A program made the position numbers and the translations under genes. DNA of 49,815 nucleotides, taken from NCBI GenBank assembly GCA_032718475.1, contig JAUCBJ010006377.1, positions 1 through 49,815 of the forward strand. The letters are read 5' to 3'. This DNA comes from Nemertoderma westbladi (taxonomy: Eukaryota; Animalia; Xenacoelomorpha). Of this stretch, positions 37,350 to 49,815 are shown in pieces (the stretch's first letter is position 1; each line of letters starts with the position of its first letter). The notes beneath the pieces were generated by a model, which had not been told where the DNA came from, did no database searches, and worked only from the letters and a program-made list of their open reading frames with translations.

Positions 37350-39055
37350 GCTTTTACTTGACTCGTACTGTCTCCTACGACTTGCTTCACGGGCCTCTAG
37401 GCCCGTCTCTAGTGTAAACATAAATATTCAGTTGAACAAATATGCTCAGTACTTCACAGATTATTGGTTGAGACCTGCGTTTATCCCTACATAGAACAAC
37501 TGGGATAATGAGGGCCCACGTACGACCAATAATGCAGTGGGATGGCATATGTAATTCTCCGAAACATCGATTTTCTCATCGTCACCCAGAACTTGGTGTT
37601 GATTACCGGTACTTAAATATCATCTCGGCGAAATAATATCACGTTTCGGCGAATTAACAATGATAATTATAATTAACAATAATAACTGACGCGTGATTAA
37701 GTCCGTATGCTATTAAATTGGAACTAATGACATTCACAATTAGGACTACTGACGCTTTGATTAGAACTATTGACGTATCCTGTTTGGAACTAAAGTACTT
37801 TAGAACTAACGACACCCAATCCTAATGAATGGCTTGCCCAAATCTCGCCCTACAAGGAGCCGGGAAATTCAAACTTCTAGAAATTAATTTATGGTCTATT
37901 TGTCATCCATAAATTATGACGTCATGGAGAACTTCTAAAAAAATTAATCACTTGGCAAAGATCAGCAAAAAATTCAATTAAAAATTCCAGCTTCATGGGG
38001 ACATCGACGGTGAGTGGAACTAGTTGTGTTTCAAATGTCAAGCAATATGATAAAGATTTGGAGAAAAAGATGGGGGGGGGGGGGGGGGTGTGTGTTCGTG
38101 TCATCAGAAAATGGCACTACAGTATATTACGGGTCATGGTGTAGGCCTACTATTTTGGAATAGTTTATATTTGTTTGGTGAGTTGTCTAGCAACCGCGTA
38201 CTTTTATTACCGGTACGCATAATTACAGTAAATTTGGAATGCAATAGAAGTTGATTTAATTTTGGAGCGCCGGTAGTTTGGTCGATTGCAAAGGTCAACA
38301 CACGATTCGCGATTTCCAACGTTGTTTTTATGATTTCTAAAAATACCCTCGATTTTTTTTTTGCAAGAGATCTTCAAGAACGGAGCAAAAATCACAACAT
38401 AAGCAACCGGATTATAAATTATTCTGGAACATCACCAATTTGCTACTTACTCTTCCCTACTATTGCTTTTGTTTGGCTTGTGTTATGCAAATTTACGCAG
38501 AATTTCCATGAATAAACATACAGTATAATCCGCAAAATAATATTTTATGTGTTTTTTTTGGGTATTAACAAGGTAATATAGAATCCAAAATATGTGGTTC
38601 GGATTGATTACGAAATACTTATGGGTTTTTTGCTAGAAATTTTGCATGGATTTAATTTGGCCAAAATTCAATACGGTAGTAATTAGTTTTATCAAAAACC
38701 AAATCATTCAACATTAAATAAATAAATAATAATAATAATGTAAAATAAATTCCATATGGAATTGGCAACGGCGAAATTAACCCCAAATCATACAGTAGCT
38801 CTGTGTTTTAGTTACAGAGCCAGGCCTACACTCACTTATATCAATTCCTTTCGTGCCATATACAGTATTTCCAGCTGATAATCAATTAAACAGTCATTGT
38901 CAGCGTGTCGTCTTAACGAGAAACAAACTGTACAACAATTTTGGGGAAGAAGAACCCCAAATAATGTAAATAATTGTACGGCTGTACGGTACTTTTTATT
39001 TTCACAATAATTTTTATAAGGTTTTTACTATTGTTTTGCTAGGTTTATTTTGATT

Positions 39056-39250
39056 ATGAACAGTAGCCTACGTCGTTTGGTTGTCTTGCAGTCTCGTTTG
39101 CTGCTGCATAGGCCTACTAGATTTACTCGCGGCGTCTCCAAAGCAGCGGATTTCAATCGCAATACTACCGGTACCGGTACCGATAGGCATACTGGTTTAC
39201 AACTGAAAATACAACCGTTAGGCGTCGGATTGTCAACGTTTGCGGCAAAG
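39056..39250 (+). CDS. HINT gene exon 1, putative mitochondrial presequence
   Basis: MNSSLRRLVVLQSRLLLHRPTRFTRG: R/L/S-rich with no acidic residues in the first 30 aa. Strong donor AAG|GTAAGC, phase 0, in frame with exon 2. Confidence 0.6.
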
Positions 39251-39625
39251 GTAAGCAAAATAAATCCGTTAAGGTAACGTCTGAACGTACTCCGGTACTC
39301 GTCTGTTTGCTCTGCTGGCGCGGTCCACGGTAACAAGAACGCGACTTTGCCTTTTTGTCTCAAGCACATCGTGTTAGCTTCAAGAGTAATTTTGTTAAAA
39401 TATCTCCCGTATGTAGTCGTACTGAAGTACCTACCGAAAATATGTTTACTGTAGAGCTGTAGAGTGTCATACTGTCATATTTTTGCCTATCCTTGTCACA
39501 TTTCTGAATTTTACTTTTGCTGTTTGACGGTTTTATAAAAACCGTAGCAGGCTATATATTCGCTGCATTCCCAATTCCTTCTATCGTTGGAACATAAATC
39601 TCTTCATAATTAACTTACTCCCCAG

Positions 39626-39766
39626 ATGTCGGACGAGGTCAGTAAATCGGCGTCAGCGGTTCCCGGTGGCGACACGATATTCGGAAAGATTATCCGTAAG
39701 GAAATTCCAGCTGATATAATCCACGAGGACGATAAATGTTTGGCGTTCAACGATGTTAGCCCACAA
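39626..39766 (+). CDS. HINT1: Histidine triad nucleotide-binding protein (HINT1/HINT2 family), exon 2
   Basis: [41 protein letters not shown]; acceptor CCCCAG immediately before the ATG; donor CAA|GTTAGT. HINT1 versus HINT2 orthology is not resolved. Confidence 0.9.
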
Positions 39767-42718
39767 GTTAGTAGATTTATATCAACGATGTTAGCCCACA
39801 AGTTAGTAGATTTATATCAACGAAGTTAGCTCACAAGTTAGTAGATTTATATCAACGATGTTAGCCCACAAGTTAGTAGATTTATATCAACGGTGTTAGC
39901 CCACAAGTTAGTAGATTTATATCAACGATGTTAGCCCACAAGTTAGTAGATTTATATCAACGGTGTTAGCCCACAAGTTAGTAGATTTATATCAACGATG
40001 TTAGCCCACAAGTTAGTAGATTTATATCAACGATGTTAGCCCACAAGTTAGTAGATTTATATCAACGATGTTAGCCCACAAGTTAGTAGATTTATATCAA
40101 CGATGTTAGCCCACAAGTTAGTAGATTTATATCAACGATGTTAGCCCACAAGTTAGTAGATTTATATCAACGATGTTAGCCCACAAGTTTGTAGATTTAT
40201 ATCAACGGTGTTAGCCCACAAGTTGGTAGATTTATATCAACGGTGTTAGCCCACAAGTTAGTAGATTTATATCAACGATGTTAGCCCACAAGTTAGTAGA
40301 TTTATATCAACGATGTTAACCCACAAGTTAGTAGATTTATATCAACGATGTTAGCCCACAAGTTAGTAGATTTATATCAACGATGTTAGCCCACAAGTTA
40401 GTAGATTTATATCAACGATGTTAGCCCACAAGTTAGTAGATTTATATCAACGATGTTAGCCCACAAGTTAGTAGATTTATATCAACGATGTTAGCCCACA
40501 AGTTAGTAGATTTATATCAACGATGTTAGCCCACAAGTTAGTAGATTTATATCAACGATGTTAGCCCACAAGTTAGTAGATTTATATCAACGATGTTAAC
40601 CCACAAGTTAGTAGATTTATATCAACGATGTTAGCCCACAAGTTAGTAGATTTATATCAACGATGTTAACCCACAAGTTAGTAGATTTATATCAACGATG
40701 TTAGCCCACAAGTTAGTAGATTTATATCAACGATGTTAACCCACAAGTTAGTAGATTTATATCAACGATGTTAACCCACAAGTTAGTAGATTTATATCAA
40801 CGATGTTAGCCCACAAGTTAGTAGATTTATATCAACGATGTTAGCCCACAAGTTAGTAGATTTATATCAACGATGTTAGCCCACAAGTTAGTAGATTTAT
40901 ATCAACGATGTTAGCCCACAAGTTAGTAGATTTATATCAACGATGTTAGCCCACAAGTTAGTAGATTTATATCAACGATCTTTGCCCACAAGTTAGTAGT
41001 TTTATATCAACGATGTTAGCCCACAAGTTAGTAGATTTATATCAACGATGTTAGCCCACAAGTTAGTAGATTTATATCAACGATGTTAGCCCACAAGTTA
41101 GTAGATTTATATCAACGATGTTAGCCCACAAGTTAGTAGATTTATATCAACGATGTTAGCCCACAAGTTAGTAGATTTATATCAACGATCTTTGCCCACA
41201 AGTTAGTAGTTTTATATCAACGATGTTAGCCCACAAGTTAGTAGATTTATATCAACGATGTTAGCCCACAAGTTAGTAGATTTATATCAACGATGTTAGC
41301 TCACAAGTTAGTAGATTTATATCAACGGTGTTAGCCCACAAGTTAGTAGATTTATATCAACGATGTTAACCCACAAGTTAGTAGATTTATATCAACGATG
41401 TTAGCCCACAAGTTAGTAGATTTATATCAACGATGTTAGCCCACAAGTTAGTAGATTTATATCAACGATCTTTGCCCACAAGTTAGTAGTTTTATATCAA
41501 CGATGTTAGCCCACAAGTTAGTAGATTTATATCAACGATGTTAGCCCACAAGTTAGTAGATTTATATCAACGATGTTAGCCCACAAGTTAGTAGATTTAT
41601 ATCAACGATGTTAGCCCACAAGTTAGTAGATTTATATCAACGATGTTAGCCCACAAGTTAGTAGATTTATATCAACGATGTTAGCCCACAAGTTAGTAGA
41701 TTTATATCAACGATGTTAGCCCACAAGTTAGTAGATTTATATCAACGATGTTAGCCCACAAGTTAGTAGATTTATATCAACGATGTTAGCCCACAAGTTA
41801 GTAGATTTATATCAACGATGTTAGCCCACAAGTTAGTAGATTTATATCAACGATGTTAGCCCACAAGTTAGTAGATTTATATCAACGATGTTAACCCACA
41901 AGTTAGTAGATTTATATCAACGATGTTAGCCCACAAGTTAGTAGATTTATATCAACGATGTTAGCCCACAAGTTAGTAGATTTATATCAACGATCTTTGC
42001 CCACAAGTTAGTAGTTTTATATCAACGATGTTAGCCCACAAGTTAGTAGATTTATATCAACGATGTTAGCCCACAAGTTAGTAGATTTATATCAACGATG
42101 TTAGCCCACAAGTTAGTAGATTTATATCAACGATGTTAGCCCACAAGTTAGTAGATTTATATCAACGATGTTAGCCCACAAGTTAGTAGATTTATATCAA
42201 CGATCTTTGCCCACAAGTTAGTAGTTTTATATCAACGATGTTAGCCCACAAGTTAGTAGATTTATATCAACGATGTTAGCCCACAAGTTAGTAGATTTAT
42301 ATCAACGATGTTAGCTCACAAGTTAGTAGATTTATATCAACGGTGTTAGCCCACAAGTTAGTAGATTTATATCAACGATGTTAGCCCACAAGTTAGTAGA
42401 TTTATATCAACGATCTTTGCCCACAAGTTAGTAGATTTATATCAACGATCTTTGCCCACAAGTTAGTAGATTTATATCAACGATGTTAGCCCACAAGTTA
42501 GTAGATTTATATCAACGATCTTTGCCCACAAGTTAGTAGATTTATATCAACGATGTTAGCCCACAAGTTAGTAGATTTATATCAACGATCTTTGCCCACA
42601 AGTTAGTAGATTTATATCAACGATCTTTGCCCACAAGTTAGTAGATTTATATCAACGATGTTAGCCCACAAGTTAGTAGATTTATATCAACGATCTTTGC
42701 CCACAAGTTAGTCGATTT
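39747..42718. repeat. 35-bp tandem array, about 85 copies, spanning the HINT exon2/intron2 junction
   Basis: Unit TCAACGATGTTAGCCCACAA|GTTAGTAGATTTATA. Confidence 0.97.
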
Positions 42719-42848
42719 CGTATTAGTTAGTCGTCAAGATAGTAGAAGTTACGTTTATTGACGTTAAAGGCAACGGATTAAACCATTTTTGTTTCTTGAT
42801 TCCTCAATTTAATTAGTTAGTAAAAAACGCATTCGGCGACTTATATAA

Positions 42849-45004
<2,156 letters not shown>

Positions 45005-46011
45005 GTAGAGACAGCTAGGGTTTCTGTCAGGCTGTCGAGTTTCTTCTAGATTATTGGTTGTTGTACACAATATTACTTAGGTACTAATTTACATTGCTGA
45101 TCGCCATTTTAGTAACTATTTACATCACTGTGTAAAAGTTAATAGTTTGCGTTATCACCCGACAGAATTTATGTACTGAACGAACGTAGTGAGGAAGGTT
45201 TACAGAAATATATTTTAATGGTCTTTAACGCTTCATTGTGACCTTGTATATATTTTTGTTACATTGTCATCTTATCCGCGCTCAAGTGTTATCCTCGTAC
45301 AGTTGCTTCGGTAACTGTAATTTATTGCATAAAAAGCATTATACATTATAAATAAATGCATTATAATATTAATTCAATTTTATTAATTAAGAGTATTAAT
45401 TTGAGTTTTAACTAAATGACCTACATCATTCTATGCAATGCAAATGACAAAGACTACACACCGTTAAAGACCCTTGTTTATCTATGTAAACCCCCCTCGC
45501 TGCGCTCTATGTTCGGGTAGCATATATCTGTCTTACAGGTAATATCCAAGAGAGGAGAGCCTTCGGGTTACCTCTGGTCCGGTGTGTCGTGTTTGACACG
45601 TTCACCAATCACTTTTACTTACGCTGAATGTGCTACAAATAATATTGTGCGGAATACAGATACTTTGGCTTCAATTCCGAATAAATATATATATTTCCAT
45701 TAAGATTAGATGTGCAATCCATTTTGGATTTTATCCAAAATTCTACACTAAATAATGACATAGTACTCACGTCTATGGGGGAGTGAGATACCGGATACCG
45801 GTAGTTATTTTTCTCACCTTCACTTCTTTCATCTTTGTTTTTTGGTACTTGTGGTTTAATAATCAGAATTAAATACATTTAAAAAATGTGTAAATATAAT
45901 GGTTAATAGCGTATTATTATTTAATTGGAATCATAATTAATGATTGTAGATGTAGCTGATAATTAATTATGTTTGGTAATTATAATAATAGGGATTTCAC
46001 TCATCAATTTT

Positions 46012-47340
46012 TTACGATACCGAGAATTTCCTGTCATTTAGGAACTCGAATGAGACAACATTTGATTTGGCTTTTATTTTCGGCATGAGTTTCATATTTC
46101 TCAAATCGTTGTTGGTTTGAGGTTGGAGTCCCTTGTTGAGCATATTGTCTGAGACGGGTAGATCAGCTGGCAGTTCGTCTACTTCGAGGTCTGGGGTCCC
46201 CAACGCCTGGAACGGGGCGATCCGTTTACCCAATCGTCGAGCGATCGCCGCGTTAAGATCGTTGTAGACATCCCGACGTCGTTGTCTCGTACCGAGTCGG
46301 CGGGTGAACGTGGAATCGGTACGCTGACCCAGAACCGATTTTTCGCGTCCCAACGCCGCCAACATAACTGGAGCTTTCTTATTGGCTGAACCCTCATTAT
46401 CTCCTTGGTAATCTTGCGAGCTCATTTTTGATTGGTTATTGCCCTCCTGTTCAATTCTGTCAATCTCAGTATTGTGGTCGTCTTTTATTAATTCAGAATT
46501 ATTTTCTTCTGTTTGCCCGGACGTTTTTGTTTGCCATTTTTCTTGTTGCCCAAATGTTCCTATATATTCTCCGGAAGTGGTCCACAGACGCGCCGTGCAA
46601 TCAGTCGACGATGACGCAAAGTGACTTCCGTTTCCTACCCATGCGAGCCCTGATATGGCGTTGCTGTGCGCTTTCCATCCGGCTAACCTCGGCGGTTGCT
46701 TGGTAACCCGCCACGCCAGCGGAGCCACGCAGTACTCCGATATGTCCCAGACGTAGATCCATCCGGCTGTGTCCCCGACGACCAACACACTGTCGTCCTG
46801 GGTCGTAAAAACCGCGAGAATCGACTGATCCATAAAGTCGCTCCCGTAGAATCCACCGATCAGATGGCGTCGGTTAGTCACGCTCCAGAAGTTTAAATAT
46901 CCCGCGCTGCTGGACAACAGGATCGCGGATTTAGTGAATTTATTGGCGGCGCGGTGCGAGAGAAAGACGAGAACATCGACGGCGAATTGGGAGGCGTCGG
47001 CGGGGAAGGTTGGACGGGAGTAGCGGGAGACTGGGCGACTGGGAGGGCGGTCCTGGTGGCGGGAGTTGGGGCGGGAGGAACTACGGGAGTCCCGACGGAA
47101 TCCGGAACCATTCCGGTTCGCGGAACCGTTCCGCTCCCCTGTCGGATATCCGGAGCCTCTCGTACTCCCACCCATGTCGTCCGTCGACGTTCGTTCCGAA
47201 ATGTTATCGCCCGACTTTAGATTTATCTTTTTGATTGGCAGCTGCGTGTCGGTTTTCCAGACGATTATTTGTCCGTCGTAACTCCCCGTCGCGATGTACT
47301 GGTCGCATCCCGCCATACTCAGTATATCGTCTTCGTGAAG
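46012..47340 (-). CDS. WD40-repeat protein (WDR49-like), last exon
   Basis: Acceptor ATTATTTCAG, phase 0; LHEDDILSMA..IATGSYDGQIIVW, VVGDTAGWIYVWDI, WKAHSNAISGL..SSSTDCTARLWT..GEYIGTFGQ; ends in TAA. Confidence 0.85.
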   Translation of the reverse strand, partial: LHEDDILSMAGCDQYIATGSYDGQIIVWKTDTQLPIKKINLKSGDNISERTSTDDMGGSTRGSGYPTGERNGSANRNGSGFRRDSRSSSRPNSRHQDRPPSRPVSRYSRPTFPADASQFAVDVLVFLSHRAANKFTKSAILLSSSAGYLNFWSVTNRRHLIGGFYGSDFMDQSILAVFTTQDDSVLVVGDTAGWIYVWDISEYCVAPLAWRVTKQPPRLAGWKAHSNAISGLAWVGNGSHFASSSTDCTARLWTTSGEYIGTFGQQEKWQTKTSGQTEENNSELIKDDHNTEIDRIEQEGNNQSKMSSQDYQGDNEGSANKKAPVMLAALGREKSVLGQRTDSTFTRRLGTRQRRRDVYNDLNAAIARRLGKRIAPFQALGTPDLEVDELPADLPVSDNMLNKGLQPQTNNDLRNMKLMPKIKAKSNVVSFEFLNDRKFSVS

Positions 47341-47846
47341 CTGAAATAATTAATTATTATTTTTATTATTTAGGATCTTTTACGAATAATTTCAGTATCA
47401 ATAAACAGCTCTTCCAATTTCGTTCTGTGGTGTGTCACCGAATAACCTAACAACATAACCCTTTTCACCGGGACATGACAAACAGGAATCAAATCAAGGG
47501 AAATGAAACTTCCTAAAAGTCACTACATTTATTATAGGAAGAGATCTATGAGATATTAATTTCAAGAAAAATTACGCGTTTCCTAAATTTGTACACTACC
47601 CGGTTAAAAAGTACGCATGTGACGGGATTAGTCCTACAATTGCGACAATAAAAGATAAGTTATTTTCGGTAAAATAAACTTATTCGAGGTTAAGACCCCA
47701 AGATCCCTTCCTATATAATAAATGTATAATAACAAACACCTCGAAAAATACAGCTTGCCAACACATTGTTACTATCAATAATATAAATCAGGGGCTAATA
47801 AAATGGCAGCTGGCTTTGATAATAATATCCATATCTCAATAACATG

Positions 47847-47899
47847 TGGCCTAGTGGTTGTAGTCTCGACTTCCACCTCGAGGTCTCAGGTTCGAATCC
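47847..47899 (+). promoter_or_regulatory. tRNA-like internal Pol III promoter (second copy at 48256-48308)
   Basis: A box TGGCCTAGTGG (47847-47857), anticodon-like hairpin CTCGA-CTTCCACC-TCGAG, B box GGTTCGAATCC (47889-47899). Confidence 0.8.
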
Positions 47900-47950
47900 G
47901 ACACCACGCTGATGAGACCCAGTAAGGTCGAAACGCGTACGTGGTTTGGA
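47897..47950 (+). ncRNA. Type I hammerhead ribozyme, copy 1
   Basis: ACCACG-CTGATGA-GACC cagtaa GGTC-GAAA-CGCG-TA^CGTGGT, extended by TCCGA/TTGGA pairing; predicted cleavage after A47939. Confidence 0.92.
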
Positions 47951-48305
47951 GAGATATGAGATATTAATTTCAAGAAAAGTTACGCGATTCCTAAAATTTG
48001 TACACTACCCGGTTAAAAAGTACGCATGTGACGGGATTAGTCCTACAATTGCGACAATAAAAGATAAGTTATTTTCGGTAAAATAAACTTATTCGAGGTT
48101 AAGACCCCAAGATCCCTTCCTATATAATAAATGTATAATAACAAACACCTCGAAAAATACAGCTTGCCAACACATTGTTACTATCAATAATATAAATCAG
48201 GGGCTAATAAAATGGCAGCTGGCTTTGATAATAATATCCATATCTCAATAACATGTGGCCTAGTGGTTGTAGTCTCGACTTCCACCTCGAGGTCTCAGGT
48301 TCGAA

Positions 48306-48359
48306 TCCGACACCACGCTGATGAGACCCAGTAAGGTCGAAACGCGTACGTGGTTTGGA
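48306..48359 (+). ncRNA. Type I hammerhead ribozyme, copy 2
   Basis: Identical to copy 1; predicted cleavage after A48348, 409 nt downstream of the first site. Confidence 0.92.
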
Positions 48360-48787
48360 GAGATATGAGATATTAATTTCAAGAAAAGTTACGCGATTCC
48401 TAAAATTTGTACACTACCCGGTTAAAAAGTACGCATGTGATGGGATTAGTCCTACAATTGCGACAATAAAAGATAAGTTATTTTCGGTAAAATAAACTTA
48501 TTCGAGGTTAAGACCCCTAGATCCCTTCATATAATAAATGTATAATATCAAACACCTCGAAAAATACAGCTTGCCAACACATTGTTACTATCAATAAAAG
48601 TCACTAATGATTTGGAGTCTTTATATTACTAAAACTAAAAAGATTTGCATTTTTGGCACATTTATGTTAGAGAATCAAACTTTTCAGATGAATTATTTAT
48701 CAAACCTTGTTTGAAATCGGTATGTGTTTGTTATTTTGGAATGAGTTGCACCATTACAACTCTCCGAAAAGTAAAGTTAAAGTAATT

Positions 48788-48818
<31 letters not shown>

Positions 48819-48834
48819 TCCATTAACTACACTC

Positions 48835-49018
48835 CCCTGTGAAAACTTATGACTCATTTTGCTTTAAGGATGCATGCTGAGATGTGCACTTGTTACTCCC
48901 TTTAAAGCATTCGTGTCGAAACAAAAACTACCCTGTCTCCCCATGCAGGGATCGAACCCTCGACCTCCAGAGAAATGTGAATTCAAGGCAACGGATTTAA
49001 CCACAACACCACGAAGCT
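48835..49018 (-). mobile_element. tRNA-derived SINE-like element
   Basis: Minus-strand A box TGGTGTTGTGG and B box GGTTCGATCCC, followed by a T5 run; does not fold as a full tRNA. Confidence 0.55.
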
Positions 49019-49099
49019 CAGAAAATATGTAAATCTACATGTTTTACTAAATACAAATAACAAAATAATTTCGGGGGTTTATGATTATACCATGATTAC

Positions 49100-49230
49100 C
49101 TGTAGACCTTTCCAATGCAGCGACGGTTTTATAGACAACATCTCTGGGTGGTCTTCGTACTGGACTATGGTTCTATTCCAACCAACAACGGCAAGGACAC
49201 GTCTACCATCGTGGAAGAGGTCAAGAATAC
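49100..49230 (-). CDS. WDR49-like gene internal exon; not in the supplied ORF track
   Basis: CTACAG acceptor and CAG|GTAATC donor, phases 1-0; ILDLFHDGRRVLAVVGWNRTIVQYEDHPEMLSIKPSLHWKGLQ joins both neighbouring exons in frame. Confidence 0.8.
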
Positions 49231-49548
49231 CTGTAGATGGATAAATAATCTGACCCTGAGAAATATTGAAATATTTAGTTTAATTACTACTACAGAAAAT
49301 CGGAATGCTGCAGCATTGCAGCTGCATTATATATATATACTGTATTATGAATGGTGTGCCGACTTTTCGACACAATTGCGCCGCCACAACTCACTATCAC
49401 CCATGACATTTACTGGAACATCCGCAACTTCAGGGACAGTGTAATTATACCTTTTAATTTGCCTACTGTATTCCTGTTTCCAATCCTAATACACATAATA
49501 GAATTTCTAGAACTTTATGTTTTATTTTAAAATGAAGTTCTCTTCGAC

Positions 49549-49780
49549 CTGTTACTTCGCTGTTCCCAAATGGATGTAACGTCTGTAGATGTAGACCAGA
49601 ATAAGCGTGCCACACGTACAAACTACCGTCACGGGCGCCGCTAATTATCCGTCGCTTTTTATCGTCCAAAGTGATGCAAGTAATCTCTTCGTTTCCGTGA
49701 GCTTGAACGAATCGCGTGTGAATCTGTCCGGTGTCCACGTCCCATAAAGCGATCTCAGAACCGTCGCATGCTGTGACCAC
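49549..49780 (-). CDS. WDR49-like gene internal exon
   Basis: VVTACDGSEIALWDVDTG..AHGNEEITCITLD..RRIISGARDGSLYVW; acceptor TTGTCTAG, donor G|GTCGAA in phase 1. Confidence 0.8.
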
Positions 49781-49815
49781 CTAGACAAAGTCGGTTATAT
49801 TATGTATAATCCGTG

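Larger units (their letters stand above)
47526..48594 (+). mobile_element. Retrozyme-like element: about 2.6 tandem copies of a 409-bp unit carrying a tRNA-like Pol III head and a hammerhead ribozyme
   Basis: Unit starts at 47547, 47955 and 48364; 12-bp TSD TAAAAGTCACTA at 47514-47525 and 48595-48606; no ORF. Confidence 0.85.

Noticed and set aside
37389-37413. Helitron 3' end (hairpin plus CTAG); a similar motif is at about 14600-14625 on the minus strand
   Set aside because: The motif is short and no 5' end or element body could be defined.
39747-42718. 35-bp array as a CRISPR array
   Set aside because: The units are contiguous with no unique spacers, there are no cas genes, and the context is a eukaryotic intron.
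47840-47910. Functional tRNA gene
   Set aside because: No acceptor stem, an 8-nt anticodon loop, a bulged T stem, and the 3' end is part of the hammerhead.
48788-48815. Long G/C homopolymers here and at 1, 4406, 8013, 35130 and 38072
   Set aside because: They are scattered with no consistent context, and their lengths are unreliable in assemblies.

Overview
AT-rich, repeat-dense genomic DNA from a eukaryote, most likely an invertebrate animal (spliceosomal GT-AG introns, LINEs, tRNA-derived SINEs, MITEs). Genes reconstructed by hand: the first coding exon of TM9SF4 (- strand); a six-exon gene built from five MADF-like (Myb/SANT-like) domains (- strand, 29267 to 10565); an intronless ACP6-like histidine phosphatase nested antisense in that gene's 9.7-kb intron; a three-exon HINT gene (+); and the last three exons of a WDR49-like WD40 gene (-). 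The main unannotated signal is a retrozyme-like element at 47526-48594, inside a WD40 intron. It has about 2.6 tandem copies of a 409-bp unit in which a tRNA-like Pol III promoter runs directly into a minimal type I hammerhead ribozyme. It is flanked by a 12-bp target-site duplication and has an inverted 5' segment. A second, unrelated hammerhead lies near 33018-33070. The HINT gene carries two large tandem arrays seeded from its own exon ends: about 85 copies of a 35-mer containing the exon-2 splice donor, and about 46 copies of a G-quadruplex-type 41-mer containing the stop codon. All coordinates were counted by eye and no database searches were run.
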